Below are positions 50,907 to 59,806 of a DNA stretch of 64,000 bases, one piece after another. The stretch covers positions 7,634-71,633 of the IMG/VR virus record IMGVR_UViG_3300034151_000114; one strand, given 5' to 3'. Within the stretch, counting starts at the first letter, position 1. The number at the start of each line of letters is the position of its first letter. The DNA is from a virus (taxonomy: Duplodnaviria; Caudoviricetes). The notes under the pieces are model-generated. The model did not search any database and was not told where the DNA came from. It saw only the letters and a list, made by a program, of their open reading frames with translations. The translations under genes and the position numbers were made by a program.

Positions 50907-53900
50907 GTGAGCGATACCGGTGGCTCGATCTTCATCGAGTTCGAGGGCAACCCGGAACAGCTCGCGAGTGAACTGGCCAAGGTCCTGGAGAGCGCTCTCG
51001 GCAAGGCGATCGGTGAGATCCAGAGGGACTTCGCCAAGATCTTCTCGTCCGGCAAGGCCGCTTCCGGCCTCAAGAACGTCACCAAGGTCACCACCACTCT
51101 CCGCAAGGGCTGGGACGCGGTGGACACTGCGACCAAGCAGGCGGCCAGCTCGGCGAAGTTGTACTCCAAGGTGATGGCCGGGATCCGGACCCCTGACGAG
51201 CAGTTCAAGGACGTCCTCCGGTTCACCGATCGGGCCGAGAAGGGCCTCAACGAGATGAAGGCGGCCGAGGACCGCATCGCCAAGGACCCGTCGCTCGGGG
51301 TCCACTTCCGGGCCCTCGTGTCCGGGGCCGAACGGCTGGCGCGAGAGGCTGGGCTCAACTACCGGAACCTGTCCGACGCCCAGCAACTGGCGTTCCGCAA
51401 GATGGCGGAGTCCGAGAGGGTCGCCGACCAGGGGATGACAACGCGGTTCAAGGCCGAGGCGAACGAGCGGATCGTCGCCGCCCAGTTGGAAGGGTCCCGG
51501 ATCGTCGCCGAGACCCGCTCTTCGGGGGCTCGGCGGGTCGCCATCATCCAGGCCGTCACCGGGCAGATCCGGGCCCTGGAGCGCGGCCTCGCCTCGGTGT
51601 TCCGCACCTCGGCGCAAGCCTTTGGTGCTCTCGTGCGCGGGGCAGGTTCGGCCGTGAGCCGCCTCGCCGGGATCTTCCGCCGCGGTGACGCCAGTCTCGA
51701 CAACACGATCGGACCGGCGATGAACCGCCGGTCCGGGATCCTGCGCGCCGGGCTCACCCGCCAGGAGGCGATCGTCGCCGGATCGGTCGCCCGCCAGTCG
51801 TTGCAGATTCAACGACTGGAGCGTCGGATGTCGACCGGCGTGCTGGGGGCCGCCACCGGCCGCTCGCAACTAGGGACGCTGCTCGGTGGCGGGCTCGCCA
51901 TCGGTGGCGGGTTCGCCCTGATCTCGGGGCTGCGCAGCCTCGCCACGGCCGGGGCCGACTTCGCCCAGACCCTCGCCGTCCTCGACGCCTCGCTGCAGCT
52001 CACCGACAAGCAGATGGCGGCCGTCCGTCAGACGGCGCTCGACCTCGGTAACGACATCACCCTGCCCGGCGTCTCGGCCAAGGACGCCGCCGAGGGGATC
52101 CAGATCCTCGTCAAGCAGTTCGGGGCCCTGGGTGACATGGCGGTCCCGGCGGCGTTGGCTGCTGCCAAGGGGACCCTGCAGCTCTCGCGCGCAGCGAACA
52201 CGACCGCCGACGAGGCGGCGCGCGTCGTCGGCGCTGCGATCAACGTGTTCGGGATCCAGGCGAGCAAGGCCGTACAGGTGGCCGACCTGGTCGCCGGGGC
52301 GCTGACCAAGGCGGCCGGTACCAGCTTCAGCGACTTCGCTCTCGCCTTCCGGCAGGCCTCGACGACCTTCGTCACCTTCCAGAAGCCGGTCCTGGGGGCC
52401 CGGGGGGCTCTGGTCGAGTTCAACACGGCCCTCGCCGTCCTGGCCAAGGGCGGCCTCGTCGGCACGGCCGCAGGTACAGCGCTCAAGCAGTTCTTCCTCC
52501 AGGCCAACAAGGGGACCAAGGACACGGTCACGGCCCTCAACCTGCTCACCAAGCGGGCCGGGGAGACCGGGTCGGTCTTCTTCGATGCCGCTGGGAAGTC
52601 CCGGTCACTGACCGACGCCCTGGCGATCTTGCGCAAGGGCCTCAAGGGCATGACCGACGAGGAGAAGGCGTCCACCCTCCAGACGATCTTCGGGTCCCGG
52701 GCGTTCCAGGCGGCGAAGATCCTCGTCGACGAGTCCACCCAGTCCTACCGGAACATCCGCAGGGCGATCCAGCGCCAGGGCCTGGCCGCCGAGATCGCTG
52801 CGGCGCAGAACCACGGGCTGCGTGGAGCGATGGACGCCCTCGGCTCGGTGATCGAGACCCAGGGGATCCTGGTCTACGAGAAGCTGGAGGTCGTGCTCGG
52901 GAACGTCGTCGTCAACTTCGCCGACTTCCTGAACAAGCTCCTGTCCGCCGAAGGGGCGTTCGCCGTCGCCCGCCGGGCCCTCCTCGGCATGGCGGCAGGT
53001 CTCGCCGCCCTCCTCGCCTTCAAGGCGGCGGGAGAGGTACTCAAGCTGTTCGCCGTCGCTGCGCGCGGGTTGCTCACTCCCTTCGGGCTCCTCGCCCTGG
53101 CCTTCGCCGGGATCGGCGCAGCGATCTCGGTGATGATGGACCGGTCCGTGCCGTTCCGGCGGGCGATCGAGACGGTGGTGGGGGTCCTGGGTGATCTGGC
53201 CCGCTCCGGGCTCGACTTCGCCCGCGAGAAGCTGGCCCAGTTCGGCGACTTCATCGTCGAGAAGGTCCTCCCGCCGGTCTCCCGGTTCATCCAGTTCATC
53301 GCCGAGAACGCGATCAGCGGCCTGCGGTCCTTCGCCCAGTTCGTCGCCCGCACCGTGATCCCGCCGCTCGCCAACTTCGTCAACTTCATCGCCGCCGAGG
53401 TCGTCCCGGCGGTCCGCGACCTCCTGGGCCGGGCCTTCGAGGCCGCCGGGGACGCCATCCGCGGGTTCTGGAGGGTCGCTGCGCCGATTCTCCGGCCAGC
53501 CGTCGATGCGCTGCAGACGTTCACCGAGGCCGTCGCTGGCCTGTTCAAGCTAAAGCCGTCGGCAGGGATCCTGGCGCTCGGCGGCGTCCTCGCCGGGATC
53601 GTCGGAGGGTTCGCCCTCGGCGGACCGGCGGGAGCTGCGATCGGCGGGCTCGGGGCCGGTGTTGCCGCCCTGTTCGCCACCGGGCTCGCCGACAATCTGG
53701 GCAGCGCCCTCGCCGGGGTCGGAGGTGTCATCGTCGACGCCCTCAAGGGCCCGTTCGAGAGGGTCACCTCGTTCATCTCCGGCCTCTTCACGGGGGACCG
53801 TCTGGAAGGGTTCGCCCGCGGGTTCCTCGACATCGTCGAACGGGTCGGGTTCATCATCGCCAACATCGCCACCGACCCCCGGGTCCTCGCAGCGATCGCC

Positions 53901-56900
53901 GCGATCGCCGCTGCGGGGGCCCTCATGGCGGCTCGCTTCGCCGAGGGGTTCGCCCGGGGCCTCATCGACAACCTGGCCAAGGTCTTCGACACGATCGTCA
54001 ACGCCGTCGGGTTCGGGGGGGACTTCACCGGTCTCGGGCGCAAGCTCGGGACGGCGCTGGCTGTGGGACTGGGGGCAGCGTTCATCGGAGGCCAACTGCT
54101 CGGGCGCCTGCGCACCGCAGCGACCGCTCTCGGGCTGTCGACAGGCCAGGCGCTCGGTCAGGCGGTCCAGAAGGGGACGTCCACGGCTCTCACCGTGGGC
54201 GCCGCCGGGATGGGTGGTGGACCCAAGGGGTTGCTCCAGGGGATCCTCGGCGGACCAGCAGCGATCGCTGGGGCGACCAAGGACGCAGGACGGATCTCGG
54301 GCGCCCTGACCAAGGAGTTCCAGCGGAACCTGTTCCTCGTCCAGGCGACCGGCCGGTCCACCTTCTCGGCGATCGGCGTGGCGGCGGAGAAGGGGATGGC
54401 GGCGGGGGTGCAGGCCTCGCGGACTCTCAAGAACCAGGCCGTAGCCGACTTCGGTGCGGCGCGCGTCGCCGGGCTCGGGGTCAACACGGCCGTGAAGGAC
54501 ATCGGGCAGTCCATCAAGACACTCAACTTCCGGGGGGTCACCACCGGCTTCGCTAATCTGCGTGGCTCTCTCGTCGGGCAGGGGCAGAACATCGGGATGG
54601 CGGCCGGGACCACCATCGCCGCCTCGGTCGGCGCTGCCTTCGGTGCCCAGATGCTCGTCGAGGCCAAGACGGGTGGGGGTGTCGCCCTCGGGCTCGCCTC
54701 CATCTTCGGCTCCGTCGCCACGGCGGGAGCCGTGGGGGGCGCTCCTGCTGCCGGGATCGTGGCGGCGGTCGGAGGGATCGCTCTCGCCATCCAGGCGCTG
54801 ACAGCGGACACCAATGTTGCCAAGGACGCCGTGGACGGGCTGGCCCGCGCCATCTCCGATGCCGGGGAACAGGGTGAGTTCGATGTCCTGATCGGGCGGG
54901 TCCGAGACTTCGTCGGCGAGTTCAAGGAGGGCGCCATCATCGACGAACTTGCCAAGGTCGGGTTCTCGATCGACGACATGGTGTCAGCCATCATGGAAGG
55001 CGAGACGGCCACCTCGGACTTCTTCACGCGTCTGCGAGCCGACTTCGACCGTGCCGGGTTCGGCGGCGACACGACGAAGCTCATCGTCGGGAACCTGGAG
55101 ATCCTGGCGCAGCAGCTCCAGGACGAGCGGTTGAAGGGAGCGAACCTCACCGTGCTGGGCGGGAACGTCAACGACGTCGGGAAGGAGGTCGTGACCACTA
55201 CGGGCCTGTGGGCCAAGATGTGGGAGCCGCCCGCCGATCACCTCACCCCGAAGATCGCCGACGTGAAGGTCCAGTTGATCGACGGGCAGGAGCTGGCCGA
55301 CAAGGCGAAGGAGGCCATCGACCGGCTGTTCGGCCGGGCCCTGCCGTCGACACTCCGGCAGGGGATGGACGACCTGTTGATCAGCCTCAAGGACTTCCCC
55401 GAGCAGCTCAAGGGGATCAGGGTCGGGACCGTGATCGGCCAGGCCGAGGTGCGCGACGCTGCGGACGCCAAGGCCACCGAGTTCCTGGACATCATGAGCG
55501 AGGCGATCCGCAACGGCGAGATCACGTCAGTGCCCCAGGTGAGGACGAACCGCAAGCTCTTCCTGGAGGAGCTGAAGGCGTCCCTGGAGAAGGGCGGGAT
55601 GACCGAGGCCGAGGCGCGGGTCCTGTGGCGGGTCACGTCGACCATCAACGCTGCGACGACGAAGCGGAGCTTCCGCAACTCATTGCAGGACGTGAGGATC
55701 GGCAAGTTGATCAAGCAGGTCCCGGTCGAGCTGCGCCCGGCCTTCGAGGGGCTCACCCCCAGGGAGCTGCAGAGGGCGATCACGGCGCAGATCGCCGCCA
55801 CGTCACCGACCGGCGGGGGCGGAGTCGGGATCCACGGGGTGATGGCCCGCGGGATCCCCAAGCAGTCGGTGGACGTCCCGATCAGCATCAACCCCCAGAT
55901 CACCGTCGAGGAGTCGGCCGGAGGGGACCTGGCCAAGACCGGGCAGAGGCTGGCCCTGGCCCTCGCCGTCGGGGTCGCCACGGGCGCCCCGGCGGTCGCT
56001 GCTGCGCTCAACGCCGCTCTGTCGGCCGCCTTCAAGTCGGGGGCTCAGACGGCGGCAGGACTCCAAGCTGTCGGAGCCTCGCTCTCGGCGGCGCTGGCGC
56101 GCGGGATCGCCTCCCAGACCGGCATGGTCGTCGCCGTGGCCGCCGTCACAGCGGCTGGGGCCGCCCAGGGTGCGGCCTCCCAGAGTGGGGCGATGGTCGG
56201 GTCCGGCGTCCAGATCGGCAACTCGTTCGCCGTTGGCGTTCTGGCCACCGCCGGGTCCGCTTACGGCGCCGGGTACACGCTCGGGGTCTCCGCTGCCGTG
56301 GGGGCGAGTGGGTTCAGCCTCTACAGCGCCGGGCTCAACCTCGCCTACTCGCTGGCGTCGGGGATCTCGTCCGGGGCGAGCGCCGTGATCAACGCAGCGA
56401 TCAACATCGCTTCCGCCGCCGTCAACGCCGCCCGCGCCACCCTCGGGATCCGCTCCCCCTCGACGATCTTCCGGGGGATCGGACACGAGATCGGCCGCGG
56501 CCTCGCCGAAGGGATCAAGGACTCGGAGCAGACCATCTCGTCCGCCGTCGATGAGGCCGTACAGACGGCGATCGAGGCGGCCCGTCGCGCCGTCCCGGGC
56601 CAGGGGGTCGCTCGGGCCCAGGTTGCGGGTCGCCTCTTCGAGGAGCTGCAGCCCCGGGCCCTGCCCGGCGGCGTGACCGCCGACGAGGTGTCCCGCTCGG
56701 TGGACAACGTCTTCGATGCGATCGGCGTCCTGGTCAACATCCAGCGGGACGTGAGGGAGCAGAACGAGGACATCAAGGAGGCGAACAAGGGGGTCCGCGA
56801 GCAGGTCAAGCAGATGAGGATCCAGCTCGGCGCGGACCTGCGGGCGATCAAGGAGAGCTTCGGCACCCGGGTCATGGACGCCTTCTCCCGGCGCCAGGAG

Positions 56901-57839
56901 GGGGCCGACATCCGGCGCCAGCGGATCGAGTTTCAGGGCCTGCGGGCCACGCTGCGGTCGGCTCTGAAGGAGTCCGGCACGGTGAGGGGCACCGGCCCGA
57001 ACGCCAAGGACAGGTTCCGGCCGACCCTGACTCGGGGGACGGTGCGGGGGCAGGCCAACATCGCCACGATCCTGGACTTCGGGCAGCAGATCCGCGACTT
57101 CGCCGCCCAGCTCCTGGAGTCCGGAGCGAGCGCCCGCAGGGTGACCCGGGAGGTGGGCCGCCTGCGTGACCAGATGGTCCGCACGGCCGTCTCGATGGGG
57201 TTCAACCGGGGCCAGGTGAACCGGCTGGTTCAGTCCCTCGGGTTGAGCAACCGTCAGCTCCGGGACTTCGTGAACAACGTGGGCCGGATCGGCGACTCTG
57301 TTCGCCAGCAGCTCAGGCGAGCCCGAGAGAACGCCCGCGTCGAGGTCGCCGACACGCTCGACGACCTTCAGAGACGGGCCCGCATCTCCACGAGCCTCGG
57401 GCGCGGTACCGAAGCCGGGCGGGAGAACCGCGGACTCATCTCTGACGCCCTCCAGTCGATCCGCGAGTTCGGGCAGGCGGCCCTGGAGGCCGGGACGCCG
57501 GTCGCCACCGTCGTGGAACGGATGCGCGAGATGCGGAACCAGCTCGTCCAACAGGCCGTCTCGATGGGGTTCAACCGGCAGCAGATCCAACAGCTCGTGG
57601 AGCTGATGGGCCTGTCCAACTCGCAGCTCACTGAGTTCATCAAGCACCTGGCCGAACTCAACGAGGAGATCACGAACCCACCCGTCGCCCCGCCGCAGCC
57701 AGGGCTCACCATCGGCCCCGGCGGGGAGTTGCCGGTCGGATTCCGCGAGCTTCACGTCCATGTTCCATTCGGCGACCCCGAGGCCGTGGCCGCAGCGGTG
57801 AACAACCGCTTGGCCTTCGAGCTGAGCACGGCCAGCTAG
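50907..57839 (+). CDS. tape measure protein
   Basis: 2310 aa, Ala/Gly-rich and helical, with a TP901-type core (F...A......A.AL.LG...P..SA.DAA.GI..L.K). Confidence 0.95.
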   Translation: MSDTGGSIFIEFEGNPEQLASELAKVLESALGKAIGEIQRDFAKIFSSGKAASGLKNVTKVTTTLRKGWDAVDTATKQAASSAKLYSKVMAGIRTPDEQFKDVLRFTDRAEKGLNEMKAAEDRIAKDPSLGVHFRALVSGAERLAREAGLNYRNLSDAQQLAFRKMAESERVADQGMTTRFKAEANERIVAAQLEGSRIVAETRSSGARRVAIIQAVTGQIRALERGLASVFRTSAQAFGALVRGAGSAVSRLAGIFRRGDASLDNTIGPAMNRRSGILRAGLTRQEAIVAGSVARQSLQIQRLERRMSTGVLGAATGRSQLGTLLGGGLAIGGGFALISGLRSLATAGADFAQTLAVLDASLQLTDKQMAAVRQTALDLGNDITLPGVSAKDAAEGIQILVKQFGALGDMAVPAALAAAKGTLQLSRAANTTADEAARVVGAAINVFGIQASKAVQVADLVAGALTKAAGTSFSDFALAFRQASTTFVTFQKPVLGARGALVEFNTALAVLAKGGLVGTAAGTALKQFFLQANKGTKDTVTALNLLTKRAGETGSVFFDAAGKSRSLTDALAILRKGLKGMTDEEKASTLQTIFGSRAFQAAKILVDESTQSYRNIRRAIQRQGLAAEIAAAQNHGLRGAMDALGSVIETQGILVYEKLEVVLGNVVVNFADFLNKLLSAEGAFAVARRALLGMAAGLAALLAFKAAGEVLKLFAVAARGLLTPFGLLALAFAGIGAAISVMMDRSVPFRRAIETVVGVLGDLARSGLDFAREKLAQFGDFIVEKVLPPVSRFIQFIAENAISGLRSFAQFVARTVIPPLANFVNFIAAEVVPAVRDLLGRAFEAAGDAIRGFWRVAAPILRPAVDALQTFTEAVAGLFKLKPSAGILALGGVLAGIVGGFALGGPAGAAIGGLGAGVAALFATGLADNLGSALAGVGGVIVDALKGPFERVTSFISGLFTGDRLEGFARGFLDIVERVGFIIANIATDPRVLAAIAAIAAAGALMAARFAEGFARGLIDNLAKVFDTIVNAVGFGGDFTGLGRKLGTALAVGLGAAFIGGQLLGRLRTAATALGLSTGQALGQAVQKGTSTALTVGAAGMGGGPKGLLQGILGGPAAIAGATKDAGRISGALTKEFQRNLFLVQATGRSTFSAIGVAAEKGMAAGVQASRTLKNQAVADFGAARVAGLGVNTAVKDIGQSIKTLNFRGVTTGFANLRGSLVGQGQNIGMAAGTTIAASVGAAFGAQMLVEAKTGGGVALGLASIFGSVATAGAVGGAPAAGIVAAVGGIALAIQALTADTNVAKDAVDGLARAISDAGEQGEFDVLIGRVRDFVGEFKEGAIIDELAKVGFSIDDMVSAIMEGETATSDFFTRLRADFDRAGFGGDTTKLIVGNLEILAQQLQDERLKGANLTVLGGNVNDVGKEVVTTTGLWAKMWEPPADHLTPKIADVKVQLIDGQELADKAKEAIDRLFGRALPSTLRQGMDDLLISLKDFPEQLKGIRVGTVIGQAEVRDAADAKATEFLDIMSEAIRNGEITSVPQVRTNRKLFLEELKASLEKGGMTEAEARVLWRVTSTINAATTKRSFRNSLQDVRIGKLIKQVPVELRPAFEGLTPRELQRAITAQIAATSPTGGGGVGIHGVMARGIPKQSVDVPISINPQITVEESAGGDLAKTGQRLALALAVGVATGAPAVAAALNAALSAAFKSGAQTAAGLQAVGASLSAALARGIASQTGMVVAVAAVTAAGAAQGAASQSGAMVGSGVQIGNSFAVGVLATAGSAYGAGYTLGVSAAVGASGFSLYSAGLNLAYSLASGISSGASAVINAAINIASAAVNAARATLGIRSPSTIFRGIGHEIGRGLAEGIKDSEQTISSAVDEAVQTAIEAARRAVPGQGVARAQVAGRLFEELQPRALPGGVTADEVSRSVDNVFDAIGVLVNIQRDVREQNEDIKEANKGVREQVKQMRIQLGADLRAIKESFGTRVMDAFSRRQEGADIRRQRIEFQGLRATLRSALKESGTVRGTGPNAKDRFRPTLTRGTVRGQANIATILDFGQQIRDFAAQLLESGASARRVTREVGRLRDQMVRTAVSMGFNRGQVNRLVQSLGLSNRQLRDFVNNVGRIGDSVRQQLRRARENARVEVADTLDDLQRRARISTSLGRGTEAGRENRGLISDALQSIREFGQAALEAGTPVATVVERMREMRNQLVQQAVSMGFNRQQIQQLVELMGLSNSQLTEFIKHLAELNEEITNPPVAPPQPGLTIGPGGELPVGFRELHVHVPFGDPEAVAAAVNNRLAFELSTAS

Positions 57840-57870
57840 GGTGTGATCTGATATGTCTGGGCCCTGGCAC

Positions 57871-58509
57871 TCAGCGTCGAGCCCGTCGGGTCTTCTCCTT
57901 GCGGAGCCGTCGGCATTCGCGGCACACGCGTGTTGTCCCGGTAGCGCTGCGCTCGATGATGAGGTTGTTGCCAGCGAAGGGATGACCGCGGATGCAGTGG
58001 GTCTTGCGGGCGTTGACCCCGGCGGGCGAGTTGCTGTGGGCGGCGAGCCCGTTCTCCCCCTGGGTCACGCATCGCAGGTGGTCGAGCCGGATGCAGGCGC
58101 TTTGATTGCAGAGGTGATCGATGACCATGTCGTCCGGGATCGGGCCGTGAGCTTCTTGCCACACCCATCGGTGCGGTCGCCAGAACTCATTGCCCAGTCG
58201 GAGCCACCCGTACCCGTTCACGAGGAGGCCCGTGTACAGGACGCAGCCGTTCGGTCCAGGGGCCTGGCGCCAGGCGATCACGTCGGCGATGGTGTCGGCG
58301 TGATGCTCTGGACGGACGCACAGGCGGTTGCCGCACAACGAGACCATTCTGCGAATGAGCGGCTTGCGCTCGTTCGCTATCTCGAAAGCCACACGGGCAG
58401 GGGATGTGCCCCGCCAGAGCGGAGAACCTTGATGGACGAACCCGGTCCACTCGTCGCAGTCTCCTGCGCTCCGGACCTGGTCGCTGAACTCGTGGTAAGG
58501 TGAAGTCAT
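57871..58509 (-). CDS. antisense HNH endonuclease (degenerate plus intact HNH, HCxxGH tail)
   Basis: C..YTG...NGYG...RPHRWVW...HGPIP....IDHLC....CIR.DHLR.VT..EN and KTHC.RGH. Confidence 0.85.
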   Translation of the reverse strand: MTSPYHEFSDQVRSAGDCDEWTGFVHQGSPLWRGTSPARVAFEIANERKPLIRRMVSLCGNRLCVRPEHHADTIADVIAWRQAPGPNGCVLYTGLLVNGYGWLRLGNEFWRPHRWVWQEAHGPIPDDMVIDHLCNQSACIRLDHLRCVTQGENGLAAHSNSPAGVNARKTHCIRGHPFAGNNLIIERSATGTTRVCRECRRLRKEKTRRARR

Positions 58510-59806
58510 GCCGGGACCTTATCACGGGTGGCTCTACCAGCAAGGGCCCGACGGAACCGCCTACGAGATCATCAACCACGCCCGCACGCTCGCCTACCTG
58601 CGCAACGTCGGGCTCCCGGGCGGGATCCTCGTCTGCGACATCAACGACGAGGAGTGCGCCACGTACGCGTACCAGCCGCCCTGCGGCCAGGATGCGCCGG
58701 ACTGGGAGCCGTTGGCCTTCGTCGACCCCGAGACCGACGACGCCCCGTGGTACAGCGTCGACTTCCCCGAGTCGGCGGACGCCCTCGGGTTCATCATCCA
58801 GGACTGGACCGGCCTCGGCAACGGGCACGTGTCGCGCTCGGTCTCACCCAAAGGCGGGCTCGGGGGCGGCGGCCAGCTCGGTGTGATATCTAACTCGGAA
58901 CGGACGATGTCCTTCGACGTCCTGTTGCACGGGCGGAGCGAAGAGGCGGTCCAGTACCTCTTCGACTGGCTGGCTTCAACCCTCTCGGGGGCCTGCGCCA
59001 CCTGCGCGACCGACAGCTACCTGATCCGCCGGAGCTGCGGATCGGTCAACGACCTGTGGGCCGGGGTGGCGAAGCTGAACCAGGTCGGCCTCATCGCCGG
59101 GCCCGACTGGGAAGTCGAGATCATCAACTTCAAGAAGTGCTATCTGCGTAGGGCCACGTTCGTCCTCGCCGCCGGGGACCCCTGCATGTACCTCCAGGGG
59201 ACCGACGTGACCCAGGATGACTCGGCGACCGTGGCGACCTGCCTCGCCTCGCTCGATCTCGGCCTGGAGCGCAACCCGTGCCGACCGACCTGCCTGGAGA
59301 TCACGGCAGGCACGGACTGCCGTGACTCGTACTTCTACGACGTCCCGGCCGGGGCGGTGAACGTGGCCCCGGTCCTCACGTTCACCAACACCGAGACCGA
59401 GTACACGATCCCGTGCCGGGCGATCTGCTACTACGACCCGCTCGGGGTGGAAGCGTCCCCCGGCGTCTCGGACCCCTGCGGGCTCCAGATCCTCGGTGAG
59501 CTGTACGTCCGGTCGTTGCGCTCCGGCTCGACGCTCGTGTGGGATGTCGCAGCGCGCGACGTCTTGTACCACGACTACACGACCGGCGGGTTCGCCCCCG
59601 GCTGGGCCTACGTGGACCCGAACGACCCGCCCGAGCGGAGGTGGTTCGCCCTCCCTTGCGGGCAGATCATCATCGTGATCGAACCGGCGACGCTCTGCCT
59701 GGACAGCCTCGGAGGTGGCCTGTACACCGACGGGGTCCTGTTCTTCGACGCCCCGCACTTCCCGGCCTCAACGCTGGAGATCGTGCCCCGCGTGGGCTGT
59801 GCCTGA
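58508..59806 (+). CDS. distal tail (Dit-like) minor tail protein
   Basis: First gene after the tape measure gene. YEI.N.ART..Y, D.APWY....PES..ALG. SD aaggtga. Confidence 0.75.
   Translation: MPGPYHGWLYQQGPDGTAYEIINHARTLAYLRNVGLPGGILVCDINDEECATYAYQPPCGQDAPDWEPLAFVDPETDDAPWYSVDFPESADALGFIIQDWTGLGNGHVSRSVSPKGGLGGGGQLGVISNSERTMSFDVLLHGRSEEAVQYLFDWLASTLSGACATCATDSYLIRRSCGSVNDLWAGVAKLNQVGLIAGPDWEVEIINFKKCYLRRATFVLAAGDPCMYLQGTDVTQDDSATVATCLASLDLGLERNPCRPTCLEITAGTDCRDSYFYDVPAGAVNVAPVLTFTNTETEYTIPCRAICYYDPLGVEASPGVSDPCGLQILGELYVRSLRSGSTLVWDVAARDVLYHDYTTGGFAPGWAYVDPNDPPERRWFALPCGQIIIVIEPATLCLDSLGGGLYTDGVLFFDAPHFPASTLEIVPRVGCA

Noticed and set aside
55803-57761. Long antisense ORFs (also 59608-61686, 37326-38699, 40296-41975 alternative frame, 43010-44701, 35320-36468)
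   Set aside because: These are shadow frames expected in high-GC3 coding DNA. They overlap well-supported genes and have no motifs or start signals.
58882-58892. TGTGATATC inside genes (also 62282 and 13605) as promoters
   Set aside because: The hexamers (TATCTA, TATCCG) break the TAnnnT rule and no start codon follows at 6-7 nt.
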